Source: Sedimentisphaerales bacterium (GTDB taxonomy: Bacteria > Planctomycetota > Phycisphaerae > Sedimentisphaerales > SM23-30). Taken from it: a DNA stretch of 64,000 nucleotides. Position numbers and translations under genes: made by a program. The notes under the pieces are model-generated. The model did not search any database. It saw only the letters and a program-made list of their open reading frames with translations, and was not told the DNA's origin. Where the stretch lies: NCBI GenBank assembly GCA_963666285.1, contig OY762711.1; one strand, given 5' to 3'. This document shows, piece by piece, positions 31,331 to 41,059 of the stretch; the first letter of the stretch is position 1, and each line of letters starts with the position of its first letter.

Positions 31331-32086
31331 ATGGTCAGGTTTGGTGGTAATATGAGTTTTGCAGATATTGATATTGAACTTTCTAATGTGAGGCAGGCAA
31401 TTGATAAGATGCCGGAATCTCTCTATGATTGGAGTTCGGTATACTTTGAAGAGCAGAAGAGAAGGTATCAATTAGATTGGAAACTGTTTTCTCAATATTA
31501 TTCATCTGGTAAGGTTTTAGAAGTTGGGGCATTGCCATTTCATTTTACAAGCATTCTCGCTCAAAAAAAAGTACCTTATGTTAGTATAGATTTAGCGCCT
31601 GAACGCGCTCAGTTTCTTGTTCAAGTAGAAAAGCTTAATGTTGTTAAGTGTAATATTGAACTTGAAGATTTGCCTTTTAAAGAGGAATTTGATTTTATTT
31701 TTTTTAATGAAATTTTTGAGCATTTAAGAATTAATCCAATTGAAGTAGTTGGAAAACTTTATTCTGTTTTGAAAAAAGATGGGCTGATTGTGTTAACAAC
31801 TCCAAATTTAAATGAGATATGTAAACGGCTTAAGCACTTGAAAGGGCATGATTTTGATGATCCTTATTTTGAGTTTTTAAAGTTGGATAGACTCGGTCAC
31901 ATGGGGCATGTGAGAGAATATACATTATCACAGGTATGTAAATTTTTAACTGCAAAGGGTTTTGAGATTGTAAATTATGAATTTAGAAGCTTCTATGATT
32001 TTCAATCAATTCGTAGAAAGATTGTATATCATTTATTTCCAAAATTCCGTCCTTTTTTTGCTGTTGTTGCACGAAAAAAAGGTTGA
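31331..32086 (+). CDS. Class I SAM-dependent methyltransferase (start may be 31352)
   Basis: VLEVGA, FD.I.F.EIFEHL, LTTPN, HVREYT. Confidence 0.85.
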   Translation: MVRFGGNMSFADIDIELSNVRQAIDKMPESLYDWSSVYFEEQKRRYQLDWKLFSQYYSSGKVLEVGALPFHFTSILAQKKVPYVSIDLAPERAQFLVQVEKLNVVKCNIELEDLPFKEEFDFIFFNEIFEHLRINPIEVVGKLYSVLKKDGLIVLTTPNLNEICKRLKHLKGHDFDDPYFEFLKLDRLGHMGHVREYTLSQVCKFLTAKGFEIVNYEFRSFYDFQSIRRKIVYHLFPKFRPFFAVVARKKG

Positions 32087-32400
32087 TCCGGTTAATGTGT
32101 ATTTACAGTTGTGGATGTTATAGATTCTCAGTTTCAAATATTCTTCGTCCCTGTATCCATGAGCGTTTCTCTGGAGCAGTCCGATTTTACGGTTAGTAGC
32201 TTCTATTTTAGCACTGCTGATTTTATGTTTGTACCAGTTTAGTACAAACGGTTTCCAGAACATAAGTTTTTTGACTGCATCCTGCAATATCTTGATATCA
32301 CTTGAATTAGCTTCGCTTATCCAGCTATCTAATTCATTTTCAGACTCATTTTTATCTGGATACTGGAATAGCAGTTGCAAACCTTCTTTCATGCCGTGCC
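32081..32400 (-). pseudogene. ISL3-family transposase C-terminal remnant with probable IS end
   Basis: SAKIEATNRKIGLLQRNAHGYRDEEYLKLRI motif; end sequence GGTTGATCCG at 32081. Confidence 0.78.
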
Positions 32401-32474
32401 TTTATTTTTCTTAGTGATTTTTTCACTATCTTCAATATTTTCATGGTAAAATATATTTAATTTATTTTTCATTT

Positions 32475-33140
32475 TTCATCCTTCAGGAGCCGTTTCACAA
32501 CACCTTTCTGGGCTGCCCATAAAACAAAAATAACAACTTACGAATCTCAGTAAATTTTTTTCTCCTCCGCATCTACGCCGTATTATCTCGTCCATCTACG
32601 ATTGCCAATTATCTCCAACTTTGTGTCAGGCAGCACATAATAACTTCGCCATTAGGCGACACCTACACTTTGGGAACGCTGAGCTGAGCACTAGCTAGGC
32701 ACAATCGACAACAACCGTTTAAAATAAGTCGCGTAGCGACACCATATATATCAAATGATGTGCCAGGGTGTGCAGTACTTATTTTCTATCCTGGCAGCGG
32801 TCGCTAATTGCTGGTAGCTGAATTATTTCTACTATCTTATACTTGATACTTAAAGCAACCTTGCCGTACATACACCATTATCGTGTTTGAGCTTCCGTAC
32901 CTGTTTGATGTTCCGCCGTGTGCAGTCCGTTTATCGCAATTCACCTCCGTTCAAATCCATATTCTTTTTGTCTCCGTCGGTCCGCCGTGCTGACCTCGTA
33001 TATATTCCGCATATCTCCCATTACCCATGTCCTGAACGAACCAGTGACACCGCAATTGTTCACCCGCTTGCGACATGCGAAGCTTGGCAAATCAGAATGA
33101 TTTACCCTTTTGAATTGTCAATTTCATTCGTCTCCGAGTA
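32475..33140. repeat. Non-coding mosaic repeat, diverged and permuted copy C
   Basis: Shares TCATCCTTCAG, AAAAATAACAACTTAC, GGGAACGCTGAGC, GTCGCGTAGCGACACC, TTACCCATGTCCTGAACGAA, TTCACCCGCTTGCGACATGCGAAGC with copies A/B. Confidence 0.82.
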
Positions 33141-33516
33141 GTTCGACTGGAGAGCTCTAGTCAAGGTTTTGTCCAGTAGGCATTTTATTTTTCTGTCACC
33201 CTGTAATTCAAATATTGAGCAAAATACCTTTCCTCTTAACTGCCTAGCATTTTTATGTTTGTGAAAAATAATGTTTGGCTTGTTTGGAAACTAGATTTCT
33301 ATAATTAGATGATTGTGCATTAAACCTCGATGAAATAGCGTAAAACGATGTTTTGTATCATACATACTGCCTGATTTTGGGATGCACACCTTTTTGAGGA
33401 TGAAATTATTTTTTATTTCTTGCAAATATGTTACATTTTTGTAAAATTACTTATTTGTCACTTTGTTAAATTGTTTTTGTAGATATTTGTAACTCGACAG
33501 GGGATGTTGTACAATA

Positions 33517-35058
33517 ATGAGTATAAATGGCCTATATGATACGCCTTTAGTTGCGTTGTATAAGATTAGTCAAATACTGAATACCAGTGCTGGTCAGCAG
33601 CAGATATTAGCCGAAGTTTTGGATGTTTTGGATGTGGAAATAGGCATGAAGAGAGGGGTTGTAACTCTTCTTTCGCCTGATCGTGATGCGATTATGTTTG
33701 ATGTAACGCATGAAGTTGCTCCAAATAAGGCAAAAGAGATTGGTTTTAAAATTGGGGAAGGCATAACCGGTAAAGTAATTGAAAGTGGCAGGCCCAAGGT
33801 CGTCCCAAAGATCTCAGAAGAGCCGGGTTTTCTTGACAGAGCTAACCGGATGCAGTATGCCGAAGGTGAGAGAAGCTTTATTTGTGTTCCAATTATCTCC
33901 GGAAGTGTTACTGTAGGGACTATTTCAGTCGATGTGGATTATAATCCAGATGAGAATCTGGAGCAGAAACAGCAGCTGTTGAGTATAGTCGCAAGTATGG
34001 TTGCTCATGATGTTACTATGCGGCGTCGTGCCAAGGAAGAAAAGCAGAAGTACGAAAATGAGAACATTCGTTTGCGGAATGAGTTGGAGGATAAGTATCG
34101 TCCAGAGAATATTATCGGTAACTCAAATGCCATGAGAGATGTTTATCGGGCGATATATCAGGTTGCTTCCAGTGATGCAACCGTTTTGATCAGGGGAGAG
34201 TCAGGAACAGGAAAAGAGCTGGTTGCTCACGCGATACATTATAGCAGTCCGCGAGCTAAGGGAGCTTTTGTAAGGGTAAATTGTGCAGCATTGAATGAGA
34301 ATCTTCTGGAAAGTGAGCTATTTGGACATGAAAAAGGCGCTTTTACGGGCGCAATTAATGCACATATTGGTCATATTGAAGAGGCAGAAGGTGGAACTCT
34401 ATTCCTGGATGAAATAGGTGATTTCTCTCCAGCAATTCAGGTTAAACTGTTGCGTATTTTGCAGGAGAGAGAGTATAAGCGGGTGGGCAGCAATAAAACA
34501 TTGAAAAGTAATGCCAGGATTATTTGTGCGACCAATCGGGATCTAGAAAAAGCTGTTGAATCCGGAGAATTTCGTCAGGATTTATATTACAGAATAAATG
34601 TATTTCCTATTTTTCTTCCGCCTTTGCGTGATAGAAAAGATGACATTTTGCTGCTTGTTGATCATTTTGTAGAAAAGTATTCTTCTCGTCTGGGAAAAGA
34701 TGTCAAGCGAATTAGTACTCCGGCTATTAATATTATGACGGCATACCATTGGCCCGGTAATGTTCGTGAACTGGAAAACTGTATAGAGCGTGCTGTTTTG
34801 CTTAGCAGCGAAGGGGTAATACACGGACATCATTTGCCGCCAACACTCCAGACATCAGATGCTACCGATACATTCGGCACCGGGTCGTTCAAAGAGCGAG
34901 TGAGCTTGTTTGAACGCGATCTGATTGTTGACGCCTTGAAGCGTACCGGAGGCAATCTTGCCGCAGCTGCTCGCGATCTTAGCACAACCTCCAGGATTAT
35001 CAGGTACAAAGTTCAGGAGCTGTCAATTGATTATCGAAAATATCGTCGGAAAACATAG
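33517..35058 (+). CDS. Sigma54-dependent activator, GAF-AAA+-Fis HTH (NifA-like architecture)
   Basis: [37 protein letters not shown]. Confidence 0.92.
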   Translation: MSINGLYDTPLVALYKISQILNTSAGQQQILAEVLDVLDVEIGMKRGVVTLLSPDRDAIMFDVTHEVAPNKAKEIGFKIGEGITGKVIESGRPKVVPKISEEPGFLDRANRMQYAEGERSFICVPIISGSVTVGTISVDVDYNPDENLEQKQQLLSIVASMVAHDVTMRRRAKEEKQKYENENIRLRNELEDKYRPENIIGNSNAMRDVYRAIYQVASSDATVLIRGESGTGKELVAHAIHYSSPRAKGAFVRVNCAALNENLLESELFGHEKGAFTGAINAHIGHIEEAEGGTLFLDEIGDFSPAIQVKLLRILQEREYKRVGSNKTLKSNARIICATNRDLEKAVESGEFRQDLYYRINVFPIFLPPLRDRKDDILLLVDHFVEKYSSRLGKDVKRISTPAINIMTAYHWPGNVRELENCIERAVLLSSEGVIHGHHLPPTLQTSDATDTFGTGSFKERVSLFERDLIVDALKRTGGNLAAAARDLSTTSRIIRYKVQELSIDYRKYRRKT

Positions 35059-35340
35059 CAGTTGACTCTTTTCAAATTTGTTATGTTGCTAGTGTGTGTA
35101 TTTGAAGAACACACTAGCTAGCGGGTAGTTGGGTGTGCCAGATTCGGCAGTCAAACGGTAAATTGTTAATTGCCTTTCAGTTTATGTTTCTTCCTGCAAA
35201 CTTTCAGTTTTTAGTCCTATAACTAAAGGTGCCTTTATTCCCATGCTGTTTTTCTTATAGTCGGTGTTGTTCGTAAGTCCTTGTTTTGCAATCCTATAAG
35301 TTGTGATTGTTTTTGTCTTGATATTCCATTAATAGTTTGT

Positions 35341-35368
35341 TAAAGGCATGTTAGCCAGTAAACGATAT
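35341..35368 (+). promoter_or_regulatory. Sigma28-like promoter upstream of cheD
   Basis: TAAA-N16-AACGATAT. Confidence 0.45.
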
Positions 35369-35439
35369 TCAGACAGTGAACGATAGTATTATATTAATTA
35401 TATGATTATTAACAGTGTAATAGGAAGTACAAATAACAA

Positions 35440-35916
35440 GTGAAACTGGTAGTAGGTATATCAGATGCAAAAGTTTCGGCAAGCCCAGAAGATGAGATAC
35501 TAACTTATTCGCTTGGTTCTTGTATTGGCGTTGCTGTTTACGACCAAAGGGTAAAAGTAGGCGGAATGCTGCACTTTCAACTGCCAAGCAGTGTAGATAA
35601 CATTGAAAGAGCACTCGAAAATCCTTTTATGTTTGCAGATACAGGCATGAAGGAGATGCTTAAGATGATGTATAAGCTTGGTGCTGATATGAAAAATATC
35701 AAGATAAAAATAGCTGGAGGAGCTCAGATTATGAATGATGCAAAAATCTTCCAGATAGGCAAAAGAAATTACACTGCTATTAGAAAGCTATTATGGCAAA
35801 ATGGCTTGTTTATAGAAAATGAAGATATTGGCGGTAATCATGCCCGTTCACTTAAGCTTAATATAGCAGACGGTCAGGTGATAGTAGGAAAAGTAGACAC
35901 AAAGAAATTATTATAG
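35440..35916 (+). CDS. cheD: Chemoreceptor glutamine deamidase
   Basis: TYSLGSCIGV, GGMLH..LP, FADTG, KIAGGA, IGKRN, EDIGG..R. Confidence 0.92.
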   Translation: MKLVVGISDAKVSASPEDEILTYSLGSCIGVAVYDQRVKVGGMLHFQLPSSVDNIERALENPFMFADTGMKEMLKMMYKLGADMKNIKIKIAGGAQIMNDAKIFQIGKRNYTAIRKLLWQNGLFIENEDIGGNHARSLKLNIADGQVIVGKVDTKKLL

Positions 35917-35996
35917 AGAATAAGATATAATTTCTATAAGTTAAATAGTTGTATATATTGATTGCTACATGAATATATTGATAACTGGAGAAAGTA

Positions 35997-36476
35997 ATGC
36001 TTGTAACAAATAGCAAAAAGAGTTCAAGTGAATTATTAGCCGAGTCTTTTTCTCAGACTATAGAGACTATGGCGTTTATGATGGCATTGCCTCCTGAGGA
36101 AGAATTATCTGAGCCAGAAGAATCTGTCAAAGTTAAGATGAGTTTTACAGGCCCTATTTCCGGGCAGATAGAGCTGGCAGCAGGTATGGAAGTTATAATA
36201 AATGCTGCAGCCAATATAATGGGACTTGAACCGGATGATCCTCTTGCACGCGATAAGGCTACCGATGCATTTAAGGAAATTCTTAATACAACATGTGGCA
36301 TTCTCTTGCCCAGGATAGCCACATCACCAAGTGATATTTTTGACGTGAAGATACCGGAAGAAGAAATTTTCTATAATCGTGCTATGTGGTCTGAATATGC
36401 AACACAGTCTGATGTCATCCTTTTAGAAATAGATTATAACCTTGTGGCAGTAAAAATGGTAATAACTTCTAGCTGA
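35997..36476 (+). CDS. cheX: CheX-like phosphatase
   Basis: ETMAFM, F.GP.SG, DAFKEILNTTCG (ExxN). Confidence 0.7.
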   Translation: MLVTNSKKSSSELLAESFSQTIETMAFMMALPPEEELSEPEESVKVKMSFTGPISGQIELAAGMEVIINAAANIMGLEPDDPLARDKATDAFKEILNTTCGILLPRIATSPSDIFDVKIPEEEIFYNRAMWSEYATQSDVILLEIDYNLVAVKMVITSS

Positions 36477-36632
36477 TAATATTATTGCTATATGATTTTT
36501 ATTTACAATCAATATTGGGAAAACAAAGCAAAGGATTATTGATTGGGAAAAATTATTGATAATTATTTTATATATAATAAGCAAAAGGAAGATCGAAGAA
36601 AGAATATAATTTGTCTTTGAACATTATATATT

Positions 36633-37667
36633 ATGTTTCAAAATGGAGAAAAGAAAACATATCTTAGATATTCTGCAGGGAAAATACTATTTTGTGGTAT
36701 TCTTGCAGCAATATTATATCTGCAGGTTCAAATCTATACGTTAGGAACCAGGGTAAACAAAACTTCGCCGGGCGATGTTTCTGAAATAGTATTAGCATCC
36801 AAGAAAAATGATTTAGCTGAAATTGAGAATATTTATATTCAAGATTCTGCCAATTCTGTTGAATTACAGGCATTAAGTCAAAGCGTTTGTTTAATCCAGG
36901 GTGAATATGTTTTTATTGATCCTGCAGGAAAACATGTTAGTTGGCAGGATGCTAATAATGTAATTTATGCTGCAAATTATTCTGAAATAAATGAGCAGAA
37001 TGAACAGGAATTGTCAATTCAGTATACCGGTAGTGGGTTTTTGGTGGATAAGCACGGACTTATTGTAACCAATAAGCACGTTGCTTTGCCATGGTTAGAA
37101 AAATGCAGAGATAAGGAGCTGATAAAAGCCGGTTTTACCCCAAAGATGGTGATGTTCAGAGCATTTTTTCCGGGTATTAAAACTCCATTTAATATAGAGC
37201 TGATAACTGAGGCGGAAAATGATGACCTGGCAATATTGAAAATGAATATAGTTTCAGATTATCAGTTGCATCCTTTATCGCTGTGCAGCTCAAAAAATAA
37301 AGTTGCCATGGGTGACCCGGTTATCGTGCTTGGATATCCAACTGGTTTTGATCTGCTATCTGCAAGTATTGATGATAGTCCTTCTCAGCTGGTTTATGAA
37401 GATTTTGCCGGACTTGGAGAAGCTTTGGCTGATTCTTGTTTAATCTTTCCTATGGCAACAAGAGGTATATGCGGGCAGGTTTATCCTGGAAGAGTAGCGT
37501 ATGATGCCCCAACGGCTATCGGTGCTTCCGGCTCACCTGTATTGAATAGCCGAGGTGAAGTTATAGCTGTTAATACGGCTCTCTTAAAAGGGTTTTCAGG
37601 AACTAATTTTGGTATTCCGGTTGAAAAAGTTGAAAGCCTTCTAAATATAATTCAATTTTCAAAATAA
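36633..37667 (+). CDS. Membrane-anchored trypsin-like serine protease without PDZ
   Basis: GSGF..IVTNKHV, DLAIL, GASGSP. Confidence 0.85.
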   Translation: MFQNGEKKTYLRYSAGKILFCGILAAILYLQVQIYTLGTRVNKTSPGDVSEIVLASKKNDLAEIENIYIQDSANSVELQALSQSVCLIQGEYVFIDPAGKHVSWQDANNVIYAANYSEINEQNEQELSIQYTGSGFLVDKHGLIVTNKHVALPWLEKCRDKELIKAGFTPKMVMFRAFFPGIKTPFNIELITEAENDDLAILKMNIVSDYQLHPLSLCSSKNKVAMGDPVIVLGYPTGFDLLSASIDDSPSQLVYEDFAGLGEALADSCLIFPMATRGICGQVYPGRVAYDAPTAIGASGSPVLNSRGEVIAVNTALLKGFSGTNFGIPVEKVESLLNIIQFSK

Positions 37668-37896
37668 GTTGCATAATCAGCTTTCATAGTTAATAACTTT
37701 TACCTTTTTATAGTTTGTGTTATCAGACTGTAGATAAATTAATATGTCATTTTGGTACACTAATTATAATTGTATCAGAAGTTGTGTTGCATGTAATAAC
37801 CTTTATATCAGTACTAATAACCGAGGACTGTAATGTTTTAGGTTCAATAGGGCTTAAAGTGATTATGGGGATGGTTGTGTATGTTGTGAAACATGG

Positions 37897-37923
37897 TCAA
37901 GTTTTTGGATTAGAAGTCGATAC
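37897..37923 (+). promoter_or_regulatory. Sigma28-like promoter upstream of cheW
   Basis: TCAAGTTT-N11-GTCGATAC. Confidence 0.6.
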
Positions 37924-38003
37924 AACTAATGAGCAGTTAGATAATACGCCTGAATGTTTTGGCTATACTGCTTGAAGTTCATAATAACAAATGGAGATTA
38001 TCA

Positions 38004-38492
38004 ATGGCAGAACAGACAACAATAACAAAGGGAAGAGCTCAGGCAGGTAAATATCTTACATTTGTACTCGGAAATGAAGATTTCGGAGTGGAAATATTGA
38101 AAGTCAAAGAGATTATTGGCTATCAGGAAGTTACTGAAGTTCCTCAGACTCCGACAGAAGTTAAGGGCGTACTAAATCTTCGCGGCCAGGTAATTCCGGT
38201 TGTTGATCTACGACTTAGATTTGGCATGGAAGAGAAAGAAATAACAGAAGAAACCTGTATTCTTGTGGTAGAAATATCAGGAACTAGTGGACCAATATTT
38301 GTAGGTATTGTAGTTGACAATGTTTCTGAAGTTCTTGACATAAGAGAGGAGCAAATTGAGCCGGCGCCGGAATTTGGTAAGTCTGTTAATATAGATTTTA
38401 TTCTGGGTATGGGTAAGATAGGCGAAAATGTTAAGATTCTCCTGGACATCGAAAAAGTAGTTGGAGGTTGTGATTTTGAGTCTATGTTGTAG
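38004..38492 (+). CDS. cheW: Chemotaxis coupling protein
   Basis: GGAGA RBS; YLTF.LG.E, GVLNLRGQVIPVVDLR, GIVVD.VSEV. Confidence 0.93.
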   Translation: MAEQTTITKGRAQAGKYLTFVLGNEDFGVEILKVKEIIGYQEVTEVPQTPTEVKGVLNLRGQVIPVVDLRLRFGMEEKEITEETCILVVEISGTSGPIFVGIVVDNVSEVLDIREEQIEPAPEFGKSVNIDFILGMGKIGENVKILLDIEKVVGGCDFESML

Positions 38493-38528
38493 GGGGATTT
38501 GATTTAAGATTAAGAAAGTTTGATTGGC

Positions 38529-38639
38529 ATGAGAATGATGTTCCAGGCGTATTCAAGCTTTTCTGAATTACTTTTGGCAAAGAATAAACCTGAGGTTGCT
38601 ATTCCCTTTGGCGATGATGGTTTTAATGAGTTTAGCTAA
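38529..38639 (+). CDS. 36-aa small ORF ending in an MCP-like tether (KPEVAIPFGDDGFNEFS); peptide or MCP remnant
   Basis: Manual translation; lies between cheW and the terminator. Confidence 0.45.
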   Translation: MRMMFQAYSSFSELLLAKNKPEVAIPFGDDGFNEFS

Positions 38640-38689
38640 AAACATTATGGTCGGAGAAAAGCCGGTTTCTTGACCGGCTATTGAAAATT

Positions 38690-38722
38690 AAATCCGCTCG
38701 AATTACTTCGGGCGGATTTTTT
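38690..38722 (+). terminator. Intrinsic terminator
   Basis: AAATCCGCTCGAA...TTCGGGCGGATTT then T run. Confidence 0.8.
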
Positions 38723-38940
38723 ATAATATTAAGTAAGTACAGATTCTTACGCAGGTTATGAATAGAATCATGAAAACTATTCTCTCAAAATGATTTTCCT
38801 GCATTTTAATTTGCTTATGGCATATGCTTAGCGGGTGTTTCAAAGAAAAACCTGTTTTTTTTTTGGTCTAGCTGTGAATTATATGCGTATTATCATTTAA
38901 GCTAGTGTTAAATTATGCGAAATCGAAGTGAGGTGCAATA

Positions 38941-40794
38941 ATGATAATAAATCATAAGCTCTTAATAATTATATTCTTATCGGTAATTGGAAGTTTGAGT
39001 GCTCAGTTTCAGGATATGCTGAATTTGTCTGAAAATGACACAAACAAACAAGATAAAAAGCCGGAAACCAGAGTCTTAGTTAAACTTATGCACAATTCGG
39101 TCGGAGTTGGTCAGTCTTCCATTGTCGCTGTGATTATGGATATACCAGAAAATCAGCATTTTTATGCTAATGAAAATTCCGGCGGGATAGGTTTGCCGAC
39201 TGAAATGAAGGTTGAACCTGTTGAAGGGCTGGAGTTTGGTACGCCAACATATCCTAAAGGTCATGAATATAAGGATATGGCAGGTAATATAGATATGGTT
39301 TATGAGAAAGAGGTGACCATTTACCTGCCTGTAAAAAATGTTGGAATTGAAGAAAATTCTCAAATCTCACTGAATATTACTCTTGATGGTCAGTATTGTA
39401 CTGAATCCGGGCAATGTTTTTTATGGGATGATAGTGTTTCGGCTGAGTTGAAAATCGATCCTGAGTTAGAAATGCCTGATATAAATGAGGATAGTGCTTC
39501 ATTTTTTGACGGGATGGATGCTGAATCATATTTTCAGGGAAAAGATGTTGAATCAGCAAATGCTCAACAATCAAGTGGAGAAGATGGTTGGATTTTAATT
39601 CATATACTTGCGGCATTAGGGGCAGGTGTGATTATGAATCTGATGCCTTGTGTGCTACCGGTAATCCCACTGAAAGTTATGAGTATTATTAAACAGGGAC
39701 AGCAAGCTAAGGAAAGCGGCGATAATTTTAAGTCTTTTAAGCTTTCGCTTGCATTTGCTGCCGGGATAATTCTGCTTTTTGCGGTTTTGGGACTTATTTT
39801 GTCCATTTATAACTTGAATTATGGCCAACAGTTTCAGAATTTTACCTTTAAGCTGTCGATGTTTTTGCTTGTTTATATTATGGGGTTGTCAATGTTTGGT
39901 CTGTTTGAGATTACTTTACCTTCTTCGATTGCCAATATTGGTGCGGTAAAAGAAGGTTATATGGGTACGTTTATGATGGGGATAATGGCGACTTTGCTGG
40001 CTACACCGTGCAGTGCTCCATTTTTGGGTGGAACATTGTTTTGGGCATTGAATAGTTCGGCAATAACGACACTGATTATTTTTATATGTATAGGTATTGG
40101 TATGGCAGCACCTTATGTTATTCTGACGGCATTTCCTGATTTACTGAATAAGATGCCGACCGCCGGAGCGTGGATGATAAGGCTTAAAGAAGGCTTATCG
40201 TTTCTTATGTTTGGTGTTGCTGTGTACCTGGCTACTTTGTTCAGGCCGGCAGAAATAATTCCGTTGCTATCGCTGGCCGTTGCTATTGCTTTTGGGCTAT
40301 GGCTAAGTTTTAAGGTTGTGAATTTCACAACGCCAACAGGTAAGAAGTATATAGTGCGTGCTATTGCAGCAGCGGTTATATTGTTTACTGGAGTTATAGG
40401 TTTTGGCGATTCTGATTCAATAGGCTATTTAATATTAGCAGATAAAGGCTCGTCATATTCTGAAATAATTGCTGCCAAGGAGAAAGCACTGGATGAAGGT
40501 AAGGTTGTTTATTTGGAATTTACTGCTAACTGGTGTCCTAATTGTAAATATGTTGAAAAGACAGTATTAGATACTGAAGCCTTTGCCAAGAAGATGAATG
40601 AGGTTAATGCCGGGATGATAATAGCTGATTGGACGCAAAAGGACGATGCGATAAAAGCAGAGCTAAACAGGCTAGGCAGTAAAAGCATTCCGTTTACGGC
40701 GGTATTTCACCCGGAAAAGCCGGATGAACCTATCCTGCTAAGAGATATATACTCTCTCCAGTCTGCCCTGGATGCCCTGGATGGCAAAAGGTAG
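38941..40794 (+). CDS. dsbD: DsbD-family thiol:disulfide interchange protein
   Basis: N-domain C..G.C, NLMPCVLP, ATPCSAP, C-terminal thioredoxin WCPNC. Confidence 0.85.
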   Translation: MIINHKLLIIIFLSVIGSLSAQFQDMLNLSENDTNKQDKKPETRVLVKLMHNSVGVGQSSIVAVIMDIPENQHFYANENSGGIGLPTEMKVEPVEGLEFGTPTYPKGHEYKDMAGNIDMVYEKEVTIYLPVKNVGIEENSQISLNITLDGQYCTESGQCFLWDDSVSAELKIDPELEMPDINEDSASFFDGMDAESYFQGKDVESANAQQSSGEDGWILIHILAALGAGVIMNLMPCVLPVIPLKVMSIIKQGQQAKESGDNFKSFKLSLAFAAGIILLFAVLGLILSIYNLNYGQQFQNFTFKLSMFLLVYIMGLSMFGLFEITLPSSIANIGAVKEGYMGTFMMGIMATLLATPCSAPFLGGTLFWALNSSAITTLIIFICIGIGMAAPYVILTAFPDLLNKMPTAGAWMIRLKEGLSFLMFGVAVYLATLFRPAEIIPLLSLAVAIAFGLWLSFKVVNFTTPTGKKYIVRAIAAAVILFTGVIGFGDSDSIGYLILADKGSSYSEIIAAKEKALDEGKVVYLEFTANWCPNCKYVEKTVLDTEAFAKKMNEVNAGMIIADWTQKDDAIKAELNRLGSKSIPFTAVFHPEKPDEPILLRDIYSLQSALDALDGKR

Positions 40795-40817
40795 TGATAA
40801 TAAGGGTTTAAAGAGAT

Positions 40818-40849
40818 AAAGCGGATGTTAAGCGGCGTCCGCTTTTTTT
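40818..40849 (+). terminator. Intrinsic terminator
   Basis: AAAGCGGATG...CGTCCGCTTT then T run. Confidence 0.75.
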
Positions 40850-40873
40850 GTTTATCGGCGGTAAAAGCTCATC

Positions 40874-40902
40874 TTGACTATGGCAGTATTTTTTGTTATC
40901 AT
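40874..40902 (+). promoter_or_regulatory. Sigma70 promoter for the trpS cluster
   Basis: TTGACT-N17-TATCAT with extended TG. Confidence 0.6.
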
Positions 40903-41059
40903 ATCTTGCTTGTAGCAAATGTACAACTGTCTATTTTATAAAGAGTTAAGTTAGTACAATTTGCTTAAGACTCGTCCGGCAGCTTGTGATTTGAGCAAAA
41001 AAGACTGAAAAACGTATATCACATCCGTGTCGGCATTATTCATAGTACAGGTTAGAGAT

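Noticed and set aside
33517..35058. Calling the activator nifA
   Set aside because: Architecture is shared by many enhancer-binding proteins; no nif genes in the window
37715..37975. 86-aa ORF upstream of cheW
   Set aside because: TTG start, no RBS or motif, and it overlaps the predicted cheW promoter
38818..38832. Sigma54 promoter TGGCATATGCTTAGC upstream of dsbD
   Set aside because: GG-N10-GC spacing is right but the -12 box is imperfect and there is no supporting context
40903..41059. T-box leader before trpS
   Set aside because: No GGTGGNACCGCG T-box motif or terminator/antiterminator pair
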